This document shows, piece after piece, positions 11,650-21,399 of a stretch of DNA of 64,000 nucleotides. Positions within the stretch are counted from its first letter, which is position 1. Every line of letters begins with the position of its first letter. The notes below the pieces were generated by a model. The model worked only from the letters and a program-made list of their open reading frames with translations. It had not been told where the DNA came from and searched no databases. A program made the position numbers and the translations under genes. Origin of the DNA: an uncultured delta proteobacterium (GTDB lineage: Bacteria > Desulfobacterota > Desulfobacteria > Desulfobacterales > JAHEIW01). The stretch is from the NCBI GenBank assembly GCA_963706575.1, contig CAVPNL010000003.1:32001-96000 (forward strand), written 5' to 3'.

Positions 11650-12417
11650 TTATAATCCATTTTCTTGTTGATTAACGTGCTTTTCGATAGCAGATTTCCA
11701 AACCAAATAGCCTTGACCGTTTAAATGCAGACCATCAAATTCAGTATATTCTTCCCTGAGTTGATGACTATTATCACTCATTACAGTTATCAGATCTATA
11801 TATGTAAAGTCATGTTCAGAACTCAATCTTCTTAAATGGCTGTTGAGTTCTATTACGTCTTCGTTTAAAATATTACCTTTGTACAATTTATAGTTTAACG
11901 GTAGAACACTATGGACATAGATCTCTGTTTTCGGCGTCTTTGAATGTATGTATTCAATCATTTTTTCATAGTTGGAAATAATTTCAAATACAGTTTTTTT
12001 GTAACCTAAATCATTTATTCCCACCATAATAAATATTTTAGCAGGCATGGAAGAAACAATTTCTTCTAGTCTATCCAGTACTCCATCTACTGTATCTGCC
12101 CTTAAACCTCGATTTTTTATGTTCAAATTTTGAAATAATTCACTCCAATTGCAATGATCAATTAAACTGTCGCCTAAAAAAATAATTTCATTTTGCGTGT
12201 TTGGTAATAATTCATATAGACTCTTTTTCTGATAATAGTAAGGCTTATGTACTTTATTTTTCTTTATAGGTGCTGCAAACATCGAAATGATTCTTTTTTT
12301 TATGAAGGGAATACCACCTTTTTTGACTACGACATAACCGGCGAAGGTGATAAAAAGCAGGTTGAGAGCAATGGAGAGAACGAGGATTTTTTTATGCCAA
12401 TGGAATTCGCTTTTCAT
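11650..12417 (-). CDS. Membrane-anchored SGNH/GDSL hydrolase (possible O-acyl transferase/esterase)
   Basis: GDSL, GIND and DGLH blocks; N-terminal hydrophobic anchor. Confidence 0.85.
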   Translation of the reverse strand: MKSEFHWHKKILVLSIALNLLFITFAGYVVVKKGGIPFIKKRIISMFAAPIKKNKVHKPYYYQKKSLYELLPNTQNEIIFLGDSLIDHCNWSELFQNLNIKNRGLRADTVDGVLDRLEEIVSSMPAKIFIMVGINDLGYKKTVFEIISNYEKMIEYIHSKTPKTEIYVHSVLPLNYKLYKGNILNEDVIELNSHLRRLSSEHDFTYIDLITVMSDNSHQLREEYTEFDGLHLNGQGYLVWKSAIEKHVNQQENGL

Positions 12418-13117
12418 TTTAGAGGGCCGAAATTAATTTGGTTGATATTAAAAGATTTTCAGAAAGAGCTTTAAAATAAATGCTTTACAGCAATATAGAA
12501 TATAGCTCCGCTTTCTCAGTTACAGGTAGCCTCCTGTCCTGACAAATCCAGCTTTTCCGAATTAGCGTTTTCCTGGACTGAAACCACTTGAATCTTCATG
12601 ATCAAACAACAGTTCAGGGCATTTCTATGGCAAAATCAAAACTGCAAAGCAGTGTCCCGAACCAGTATAAGCGCATCGGCAATGGTCAGATTATCTGTCC
12701 TATCCTTGCTTTCTTATTTATTGTTACGAATCAGAAAATACGGGGTTACATGCAGGAGGCTGTTTGTGATTCCCTTATAAAGGACTTGGTAACCCATGGG
12801 ATGTCAAATCACCGGTAGATAAATTCAACGAGCTGCCAGTTCAAGGTTGTGTTTTGACGCAACCGAGTCAAAATAAAGATAGTGGCGAAGAGACTGTCAT
12901 TCATGCAGGAGTGTTTCATTAATCAGTCGAAAAATCAATTTTTGAACGAAAATCCCAATCCCCCCGGATTGTTTAGTTGCGATCACGCTTTGACGAACTA
13001 TTAGTGGCCTTGTTTTGGCAGGGCCTCCTTTTTTTTGGATCATGCTTGCTGGCAGAATACCATCAGTCCTTGGCTTCAGGAAGATGATTCTCTGCCGCAG
13101 TATTCAAGCTGGTTAGA

Positions 13118-13133
13118 AGCAATTATGGTGCCA
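13118..13133 (-). promoter_or_regulatory. sigma54 (-24/-12) promoter facing the polysaccharide locus
   Basis: TGGCACCATAATTGCT matches TGGCAC-N5-TTGC exactly. Confidence 0.75.
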
Positions 13134-13517
13134 TAAATGAAACGCTTTTGGACAGGTAAACCTCCTATATTTAATCTTCGGAAAGCTAATCGATCAGGCT
13201 TGCAAATACCGGCTGGGGTCAAAAAAACACAGCAATTAATCTGGTTTGGTACTCTCGGGAATCGGGATCGGCATCGGATGAATTGCTGCTGTTAGCAATA
13301 AAAAATGGGAATTAAAAGGAAACAAAATTGGGTAAAATTTTTCACATTAATGTGTAATTCATTTCCTATTTTTTAAGTCTTTCGATAAGTATTTATATCT
13401 GATTCCAAAAGGTTGAGGATTGACAAAACGGATTCAAAAATATCAAGCAGGGAGGATGAAGAAAGTCATCCGAACGCGATTCAGCGTATAAAACCTGCAT
13501 TAAATCTGGATTTTGGA

Positions 13518-13546
13518 TTGACATTTTTCAGGTATTAAAATAAAGT
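13518..13546 (+). promoter_or_regulatory. sigma70-type promoter of tRNA-Pro
   Basis: TTGACA-N17-TAAAGT ending 9 nt upstream of the tRNA. Confidence 0.65.
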
Positions 13547-13555
13547 TGGTTTAGT

Positions 13556-13632
13556 CGGGACGTGGCTCAGTCTGGTAGAGCACAGCGTTCGGGACGCTGG
13601 GGTCGGTGGTTCAAATCCACTCGTCCCGACCA
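13556..13632 (+). tRNA. tRNA-Pro (anticodon CGG)
   Basis: Acceptor stem CGGGACG/CGTCCCG, D arm GCTC/GAGC, anticodon arm CAGCG-TTCGGGA-CGCTG, T loop TTCAAAT, encoded CCA. Confidence 0.97.
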
Positions 13633-13681
13633 TTTACATTATTGTCCTCCTCTCTTGGTCTTTCTCTTCTGTTATAAGCCC

Positions 13682-14854
13682 TTAATCCGATTTTAACAGA
13701 CTGCCAACATATTTGGCGATTGCCGGTGCCGCGGTAAGCCCAGGGCTGTCAATTCCCAGCAGATGAATCACCCTGTTGGTGTTGCGGTCCGGCTTGATGT
13801 AAAAATCATGGTATCCGTCGAGCCGGGCCTGGATGCCGCCCTGGTGATATTCCAGGTCCGCTGCGGTCAGGTCCGGGAAAAAAGCCATATTTTCCAGAAA
13901 TGCTTCAGGAGGTGACACGGGTGTACTATTGTAGTCTTCAAAATGGGCAACCGGTATCAGTTTGGGGCCGACGGTGACGGTATCGCCGATGCTGATTTCG
14001 CCGTCAATCATATCAAAGGTTGGCGTCAGGTGAACACCGACGGTAAGATGCCGTCCGGTAGGCGAATCGACAACGATCGGCGTCGGGTAAACGTTCATTT
14101 CTCGCAGAAATAATTGCGGGCGACGGTTGCGGTAAAACTTATACGAATCCCCGCGAATCAACGCCGGTTTGATGGGGATCTGCGGATCAATCATGCGGGC
14201 GATATCGACGGCATGGACACCGGCAGCATTGATGACGGTATTTGCCCGGATACGATCCTGGTGGCCGTCCCGGTAACGGATATGGATAATGACTTCTTCG
14301 TCCGATAACTCAAGGTCAACAACTTCTGTTTCAGACATAAAAATGGCGCCCCGGTTGCTGGCGGAGGCATAGACCTGGCGCAGAAGTGCGGTGGGATCAA
14401 CGATGCCGGATGTGGGAATCAGCAAAGCGGAATGCGCACAGACGTTGGGTTCCAGCTTTCTGACTTCGTCGGCACTGATTTTGCGAACCCCCGGCACACC
14501 GTTCGCTTCGGCCTGTAGATGATATTTTTCGAGAATGTGGCTTTCAGCTTCATCATTGGCGACCATCAATTTTCCGGTTTGCTTGCACGGCAGCTGATAT
14601 TTTTGAGCAAATTCGCTCCACAAACGGTTGCCCTCGATGCACAATCGGCCTTTGAGGGGACGAATATCCTGCTCATAGTAGATACCGGCATGCAGGACGC
14701 CTGAATTGCGCGAGGATTGATTCTCACCTTTTGTAATTCCGGGGTTTTTTTCGAATACATAGATATCTTCCTGGTCTTTGGCCAGTTCAAGTGCCACGCA
14801 GCAACCAATAATGCCGCCTCCGATAATCGCTATATTTATTTTCTCGCTCATCAA
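13682..14854 (-). CDS. FAD-dependent oxidoreductase, L-2-hydroxyglutarate oxidase (LhgO)-like
   Basis: GGGIIG, SSRNSGVLHAGIYY, GVHLTPT, GIDSPGLTAAPAIA. Confidence 0.85.
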   Translation of the reverse strand: MMSEKINIAIIGGGIIGCCVALELAKDQEDIYVFEKNPGITKGENQSSRNSGVLHAGIYYEQDIRPLKGRLCIEGNRLWSEFAQKYQLPCKQTGKLMVANDEAESHILEKYHLQAEANGVPGVRKISADEVRKLEPNVCAHSALLIPTSGIVDPTALLRQVYASASNRGAIFMSETEVVDLELSDEEVIIHIRYRDGHQDRIRANTVINAAGVHAVDIARMIDPQIPIKPALIRGDSYKFYRNRRPQLFLREMNVYPTPIVVDSPTGRHLTVGVHLTPTFDMIDGEISIGDTVTVGPKLIPVAHFEDYNSTPVSPPEAFLENMAFFPDLTAADLEYHQGGIQARLDGYHDFYIKPDRNTNRVIHLLGIDSPGLTAAPAIAKYVGSLLKSD

Positions 14855-14943
14855 ACAACCAGTTGTTGAGAATCAACATTAAGAGATATCAGATTTGAAC
14901 CCGTTGGCTCAAATTACGCCAGCAGCAACTGCTCAATCAGGAT

Positions 14944-15851
14944 TTACAGTTGTCTTCCAAGTTTATCTTGTAGAATTCGACTGCGTTTTGAGCTCAGCAG
15001 TTTTGTCAGCCGCTCCGCAGCAAGGTTTAAGCGGGCAATCCGCTGAAGTTCTCGATCCCAGGCATACGGCAAATTCGGAAAATCACTGCCGAAAATCAGG
15101 CGATCGGCGCGCATCTTTGCCAGGTCGGGAACGTTTTCGAAAGGTAAATAATCCGCCAGCGTCATGGTGGTGTCCAGCCAGAGGTTATCATGGCTTTCCA
15201 GCAACCGACGATAGGCATCGAATTCATCAGCACCCAGATGCGGAACGCAGACCCGCAAATCAGGATAGGTCTTGATCACCTGCTTCCAATTTATCAGCGC
15301 TGCAAAGGACATAGGGATCGCAGGGATACGCCGGGCTTTTGGGTTCCCGGCCCACATGCATAATCAATGGCTTGTCAGATTCCTGGCAAAGCTTGTAAAT
15401 TTCATGCATGGCCGGACCGAGCATATCAAAACATTGAACGTGACAGTGCAGTTTGACTCCCGACAAACCCATATCAAATGCTTCAGCTAAGATTTGACGC
15501 GCCTTTTCTTCACCGGGAAACACTGTCGCCATTGCCGGTCAGCTGCGGAAAGCGTCGGCAAAGTTTTGCCATGTAAGCATTGAGCTCGCGAGCGACACCC
15601 GGTCTGTGGGCATAGTGCAATCCCACGATCCGGCTTACACCTCGCGACAGCAAGAATTCGATTGCTTCCGACGATCCTAAGCGATAGCGAATCGGCCAGC
15701 CGAACTTTTCAAACCATTGCCAGATGGACGCAAACAGATTGTCCGGAAACAGATGCACATGCGCATCGATGACTGCCGGCAGGGTCTTCGGGACATGGTC
15801 ATCTTCGCGGTCATCAAGTGCCGGAAGCGGCGTTTGTAAGAGTGCAGACAT
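14944..15851 (-). CDS. Amidohydrolase-2 family protein split into three ORFs by frameshifts
   Basis: IDAHVH, GVKLH, HLG and FGSDFP motifs distributed over ORFs 15510..15851, 15260..15532 and 14944..15357. Confidence 0.8.
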
Positions 15852-16046
15852 GGATGATATCCATTCAACAGATCTATTTAGATGTCAGTCGAAATCTTTT
15901 TTAGTTTATCTTGATTCCCGGCGCAAGAACCATCTATATTTGATCATACTAGTCCAAAATGATAATGCCAAGATAGTGTAATTTAAATTAACCCTGTGCT
16001 TTATGCAAGAAACTTTGGAGTGGTGGGGTATGGGAGTAAGGTTTTT

Positions 16047-17105
16047 ATGATCACCCGACATCAAATTTACTTTCAAGATTCCAGAAATATGGAAGCCCTT
16101 GACTCCGGCAGCACGGATCTGGTCGTCACCTCTCCGCCCTACCCCATGATTGAAATGTGGGATGCCGTGTTCGCCGATCAGAATGCTGAAATCGGCAAGG
16201 CCTTAAGCAAAGGCGACGGTCCAGAGGCCTTTGAAGGGATGCACAGGCAACTGGATGCAGTCTGGCAGGAGGTCTGGCGGGTATTAAAGCAAGGCGGTAT
16301 CGCCTGCATCAATGTTGGAGATGCGACCCGTACCATTAACAGCCGTTTTCGGCTGTATCCGAATCATTCCAGGATTCTGAATCAGTTTCTGAAGCTGGGA
16401 TTTGAGGCCCTGCCCGCGATCATATGGCGCAAGCAGACCAACGCCCCCAATAAATTCATGGGATCCGGCATGCTGCCGCCCGGCGCCTATGTCACCCTGG
16501 AGCATGAATATATCCTGATTTTGCGCAAAGGTCCCAAACGCGAATTTAAACAGGATTCTGAAAAGCAAAATCGGCGGCAAAGTGCTTTTTTCTGGGAAGA
16601 ACGCAATGCCTGGTTTTCCGATGTATGGCTGGATGTAAAAGGCACCTCCCAGCATCTGGGCGACCGTGCGGCCCGCTTGCGCAGCGCGGCCTTCCCTTTT
16701 GAAGTCCCGTATCGCTTGATCAATATGTTTTCCGTAAAAGGCGGTACAGTGGTGGATCCGTTTTTAGGGATTGGAACAACCATGTGGGCGGCCATGACAG
16801 CCGGTAGAAACTGCGTGGGGTATGAAATTGAGGAAGGATTGCGCCATCAGATTTATGGGATTGCAGATTCAATTATCGGCTATGCCAATCAACGCATTGA
16901 CCGTCGGATTCAGGACCATGTCGATTATGTAAAACGAAATCAGCGCCCTCAGGGGAAATTTAAATACACCAATCAACATCACCGCTTTCCGGTAAATACC
17001 CGCCAGGAAATGGACATGATTATCCATTCATTATCCGCCATCAACAACATCGCAAGTAATCGTTTTGAAGTAATTTACTCAAACGAAACGGCCCCATCGT
17101 TTTAG
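16047..17105 (+). CDS. Site-specific DNA methyltransferase (N4-C/N6-A, beta class), orphan
   Basis: Motif IV TSPPY precedes motif I DPFLGIGTT. Confidence 0.88.
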   Translation: MITRHQIYFQDSRNMEALDSGSTDLVVTSPPYPMIEMWDAVFADQNAEIGKALSKGDGPEAFEGMHRQLDAVWQEVWRVLKQGGIACINVGDATRTINSRFRLYPNHSRILNQFLKLGFEALPAIIWRKQTNAPNKFMGSGMLPPGAYVTLEHEYILILRKGPKREFKQDSEKQNRRQSAFFWEERNAWFSDVWLDVKGTSQHLGDRAARLRSAAFPFEVPYRLINMFSVKGGTVVDPFLGIGTTMWAAMTAGRNCVGYEIEEGLRHQIYGIADSIIGYANQRIDRRIQDHVDYVKRNQRPQGKFKYTNQHHRFPVNTRQEMDMIIHSLSAINNIASNRFEVIYSNETAPSF

Positions 17106-17993
17106 GCGGCGCCTCGCACGTACAATGCCGCTGCGTCCTTTCAAATTAAATGCCGCCAAAGCTAACGGCAGTACTTTCTCAATTGCCGGCGTCAGGTAGC
17201 ACAGCCGAATCAATTCCATATACAATTGATGGATACTGGCACGCTGGATTCGGATTTGTGCCCCGAACTGTTCGAAACTCCAGCGCCGGGCGAGCCTGAA
17301 GGCCGCCGCTTCCCCGTCCCGCATGGTCACCCGCGCATCAAACGGTCCAACCGGTTCATAGGGTTTGGTTTTACGATTGGACAAAGATTTAACCGCCGCC
17401 TGCGCCAGGGCTGACCGCCAGCTACCGGAATCAAAGCTTTCAGAGCCCCGGGACTTGTCAATGGCAAAGCATTGGATGTTTTCAACAACAGCAACTGCCT
17501 GTTTACAGGCCACCGAACAGCCGGAAAAAAAGATTGGACGGATTTTCCACGGTGCCAGAGAGGCGGCAAACAACTCAATTTCAGCCAGCAATCGTTGGTT
17601 GACTTCAAGCCGGGCAACTCGCGAGGTTAAGGTATGGGCCAAAAATCCGTCTGATCCCGAGGCGGCATGCATTCCCAAAAACATTACCGCCCGGGCGCCC
17701 GCTGGATTTCCGATTCCGGGAATGGGGCCCCGGCGATATCCGGATATCAGGGTTGCCCGGGAATCGATCAACTCCGGAAACATATTGTAGCCGGTGCGGT
17801 GAAAATCCTTGATGGTAATTCTCTTTACCCCGGCATCAAAAAGGGCGCTGACGACCCTATTTACGTCCCGGCTCATTTCAAGGCAGGCCTGACACCATTC
17901 GTCGGTCAAAAAGGCAGAGGCTGTATAACTCCAGCAGCCCGAGCTGCCTTCAAGATCTGCGATGATCAATATATGGCTATAAGGGTCTGGCAT
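17079..17993 (-). CDS. M55 family metallopeptidase (DppA-like D-aminopeptidase)
   Basis: ADLEGSSG, DFH, GMHA..G..GFLAHT. Confidence 0.78.
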   Translation of the reverse strand: MPDPYSHILIIADLEGSSGCWSYTASAFLTDEWCQACLEMSRDVNRVVSALFDAGVKRITIKDFHRTGYNMFPELIDSRATLISGYRRGPIPGIGNPAGARAVMFLGMHAASGSDGFLAHTLTSRVARLEVNQRLLAEIELFAASLAPWKIRPIFFSGCSVACKQAVAVVENIQCFAIDKSRGSESFDSGSWRSALAQAAVKSLSNRKTKPYEPVGPFDARVTMRDGEAAAFRLARRWSFEQFGAQIRIQRASIHQLYMELIRLCYLTPAIEKVLPLALAAFNLKGRSGIVRARRRLKRWGRFV

Positions 17994-18046
17994 TTTATTC
18001 TAAACGGTTACTGCATTCTATCGATTCAGCGCTGGCGGCGACAGGC

Positions 18047-19283
18047 TCATGCTCGAGTTGACAGGGACTGGATGCGTTGCAAAACAGGCGGATGAGAATA
18101 ATTTAAGAAACACGTAAAGCGGGTGGGGTGTCAGGTTCGTTAGATTGTCAACCGAAAGCTTCTTTAACGCCGCCACCATCGCGCCGGGATCCCTTGTGGT
18201 ATCGGCTGCAAATTGATCGGCAGCGTTTTCGTTTTTGCGCGACAAAATCTGCAATAATATTCCCACAAAAAAATCAATCGGGGCATATAACATGGCAAAA
18301 AAGAGCATCCCGGCATAGACGGACTGCTGCGGCATGTAAAAGGCATCAAAAAGACCCTGATAGGCAATGAAATGCGACAGTAAAAACAGCATTAAACCGG
18401 TTTGCAGAATCCCCAGAATAAGCGCCTGGCGAATGTGCTTTTTCTTGTAATGCCCCATCTCATGTGCCAATACCGAGACCAGTTCTTTCACCGTATGCTG
18501 CTGTATCAGGGTATCAAACAACACAATCCGTTTGTGTTTGCCGAAACCGGTAAAAAAGGCATTTGATTTTGTTGATCGCCGTGAACCGTCCATCTGATAG
18601 ACATTTTCAAGGGGGAAATTGATGGTCTTTGCATAGCTTAAGATGGCCGCTTTGAGCTCTCCTTCCTCCAGGGGTATGAACTTGTTAAACAGCGGCATAA
18701 TCCACGTAGGGGCGATAAACTGAACCACCAGCATATAAAGCGTCACGCCGATCCAGCAGTACCACCATGCATGCGGGCCGGCGTATTGAAAAAATGCCAG
18801 AATGACCGCCAGCAACGGTGTTCCCAGCAACAGCGCCAATATCAAACCTTTCAACAAATCCTTCACATAGGTCTGCCAGGTTGTTTTATTGAAACCAAAA
18901 CGTTCTTCAATGACAAAAGTAGCATACACGCTAAACGGCAACGACAAAACAGTTTTTAACAGCATCAGGACACCGATATAAATCAGGCCGCTTAGAACCG
19001 GTCCCAGCTCAAAAGCACGCACCCATCTGTCCAGTAAAGGAAACCCTCCCGCAAACCAGAAGACAAGAATCAGGCAGAGGTTAAACGCGGAGGTGATCCA
19101 GCCGAATCTCGTATTGACCTTCAGGTACTGCTGGGATTTGCGATACCGCTGCGGTTCGTAAACCCCCTCAAACTCACGCGGCAATTCGCTTCTGAGGTGT
19201 TTGAGGTTGAGCCCGTCGGCCGCGAGGTTCAAAACGAAATCAACACCGATGGTGCAGAGAATGATAATGGCAATGAAGTTCAT
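18047..19283 (-). CDS. M48 family (Ste24p-like) membrane zinc protease; C-terminal frameshift
   Basis: NAFFTGFG, HEMGH. Removing one A near 18103 restores the conserved NYSHPPVLQRI ending. Confidence 0.9.
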
Positions 19284-19296
19284 CGGCAGTCCTTAG

Positions 19297-19380
19297 AAGT
19301 GGTTTCAAAACCTCATCTGAGGCCCAATGGCTGTGGTGCCCCGCCAAGCGGGATTCGCATCTGAGGCTTTGAAACCACTT
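19297..19380. repeat. 84-bp inverted-repeat element (REP/MITE-like)
   Basis: AAGTGGTTTCAAAACCTCA ... TGAGGCTTTGAAACCACTT. Confidence 0.65.
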
Positions 19381-19428
19381 CAAGAGCAGGATTGAACAGG
19401 TCTTAAATGCTGCAGCCGGTTAACGATT

Positions 19429-20049
19429 TCATGGTCTAGGGTTAACATTATTTTGCCGCACAAAATTCGCCAGCGCGTTGAATCTTTGGGCGCCAACCAG
19501 CGTTTGTCCATTCATTAAAAAAGTCGGTACGGCTTTCACCCCGGATTCATATGCGCGGACCCAATCGGTGTCAACAGCTTCCTTAAAAATTCGCGCTGCC
19601 ATTATGTCGTGAGCCTCACCGGCATCGAGGCCAACCGAGCTGGCGATATCGGCTAAAATATTGACATCCGCAATATTAAGTCCGTCTGCGAAATATGCCC
19701 TGAAAACGGCATCATGAAATGCATCGCCTTTTTCCATCTGTTCCGCCCATTTAGCCAACTCCTGGGCCAACCGGCTGTTAAAAGTCATTTCACGATCCCC
19801 AAACGGCAATCCCAGCTCCCGGGCGACCTGTTTTAAATGATCCATCATTTGCGGGATGTCCATATTGCGTCCTGCAAACAGGTCTTCCAGGGTGCGGCCT
19901 TGCAGCGGTGTTTCCGGATGCAACGGAAAAGCGATCCACTGAATGCCGATCTCGAATTCTCTTTTTAATCGTTCAACACGCCCGGTGATGAAATAGCACC
20001 AGGGTCAGATGTAATCTGAGAAAATTTCCAGCACCGGAATTTTTAACAT
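19429..20049 (-). CDS. DsbA/FrnE-family oxidoreductase, selenoprotein (UxxC)
   Basis: MLKIPVLEIFSDYI-UGA-PWCYF continues in frame into ORF 19429..19923 (AVPTF, GAQ); hairpin immediately after the UGA. Confidence 0.85.
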
Positions 20050-20184
20050 TTCGCACCTAATCCTTGTGTAGTGGTTGTTAAAAAAACGTTTCGAATATTC
20101 AAACGTTTTTTTCTAAAACCGTACACCCGTTTATGCCGCGTTTCCTTAATTGCGTAGTATTGAACAATATTTCGAAAAGCGGTA

Positions 20185-20257
20185 CAAAAATGGGTGGTCC
20201 CAAAGAACCACCCAGCAGAAGGAGGAGATTGAAGGAGGTTCACAAACAACCACCTCG
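20185..20257 (-). ncRNA. Candidate small RNA with CU-rich anti-SD-like linker and intrinsic terminator
   Basis: TTGACA-N16-TATGTT upstream; GAGGT..ACCTC hairpin; CCTCCTTCAATCTCCTCCTTC; TGGGTGGTTC-TTTG-GGACCACCCA-TTTTT. Confidence 0.5.
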
Positions 20258-20323
20258 ATTTTAACATAAGGTTGCGTTTAGATCTGTCAATATTTCTAAA
20301 TAATTTTCGAGTGTATTTCCCTT

Positions 20324-20358
20324 CAAAAGAAAGTGGCCCATGAGGAATGGGCCGCTTG
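20324..20358 (-). terminator. Intrinsic terminator downstream of the PilZ gene
   Basis: AAGCGGCCCAT-TCCTC-ATGGGCCACTT followed by TCTTTT. Confidence 0.55.
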
Positions 20359-20477
20359 GATAGAGGAACGTGTTAAGCGTTAAGTTGGAAAATCAACCAA
20401 TTAACAACTTCACAGCTATGACTGCGTGCCTGGGCCATAATACCACTGTGCATCATTTCAAGGCGTAATTGAGGCCG

Positions 20478-21098
20478 CTATCCGCTGTCCGATGCCTTGC
20501 CGACATTTCGCTGAAACTTAACCCCGAAACCGCTGTAGTTAGACCATGCGACTCTGGCATAACGCTTGATCACATTGCCTTTTTTGCGGTTGGGAATTGC
20601 CAACTGGAGCTGCTGTCCGACATCTAGTCCGTCATTTTCATTGGTTTGCAGAAATACGCCGCCCAGGCTGATATTTTTTATTTCCCCGGGGAAAATTTTG
20701 CGTTGAACCGCATATTTCACATATAACGAGCAGGCCTTACGTTGATGTCTGCGGGATTCTATTCCCCTTTTTATCGGTCGGTCCGATGGATCGGTATCTA
20801 AGAATCGAACGCCGTAACCATAGTAAAATGAAGATTTCTTCAAAGGTTTACGCCATTTTATGATGGCATGATAGCGTTCATAAATATCGGGGTCTGGTGT
20901 ATACGGGGAATTGGGAATTCCGATATAGATATCGGTGCCGGGAGCTAAAAAGTGGTCGGTTTCAAAATAAAGCCCGAAGTCGCTGTAGTTAAACATTCGG
21001 GCACCCTGCAGGATGCCAAATTTAGCATCCTCGAGAACAATCGGCGCCTGGTAATCAAAGCGGGTATTGTCTCTTTTTTCCGGATTTGAATTCATCAA
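20478..21098 (-). CDS. Tandem PilZ-domain protein (putative c-di-GMP receptor)
   Basis: Two RxxxR motifs (EKRDNTR, ESRRHQR) with NYSDFG and NISLGG. Confidence 0.82.
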   Translation of the reverse strand: MMNSNPEKRDNTRFDYQAPIVLEDAKFGILQGARMFNYSDFGLYFETDHFLAPGTDIYIGIPNSPYTPDPDIYERYHAIIKWRKPLKKSSFYYGYGVRFLDTDPSDRPIKRGIESRRHQRKACSLYVKYAVQRKIFPGEIKNISLGGVFLQTNENDGLDVGQQLQLAIPNRKKGNVIKRYARVAWSNYSGFGVKFQRNVGKASDSG

Positions 21099-21157
21099 AC
21101 CACCTCAAGGTGTTTATTTAACACCTTGAAATGGTAAAAATCAAGATTTTCTATCAA

Positions 21158-21316
21158 TTAATTTATCGCTTCCTTAATATTATACTTTTCAAGCAGGTCC
21201 TGGATGGCTTCTTCGAGAAGATCGTTTTGTCGTTTTTCCAGTTGAGCGGCCAGGATTCTGATTTCCTTGATTAAATCAGCATCCAGGGTGGTGTTATACA
21301 TTTTTCTTTTAGCCAT
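21158..21316 (-). CDS. Small ribbon-helix-helix DNA-binding protein (52 aa)
   Basis: Manual translation MAKRKMYNTTLDADLIKEIRILAAQLEKRQNDLLEEAIQDLLEKY...; below the ORF-track cutoff. Confidence 0.75.
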   Translation of the reverse strand: MAKRKMYNTTLDADLIKEIRILAAQLEKRQNDLLEEAIQDLLEKYNIKEAIN

Positions 21317-21399
21317 ATTCAATATTTTAACTCATCTGTTAACGGTTAACTGTGGCCTTCTGATTGGCTGTCCAATTTGCCTGCTGGCCTGGCCGAAAA

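Noticed and set aside
12588..12818. Short plus-strand ORFs in the long intergenic region
   Set aside because: No RBS, motif or family resemblance
13556..13632. tRNA-Pro as an integration site for the AT-rich polysaccharide locus
   Set aside because: The locus lies 5' of the tRNA; no integrase and no duplicated tRNA 3' end seen
4030..18110. Programmed frameshifting or phase variation explaining the split genes
   Set aside because: No shared slippery motif, tracts are short, and unrelated genes are affected; sequencing error is more parsimonious
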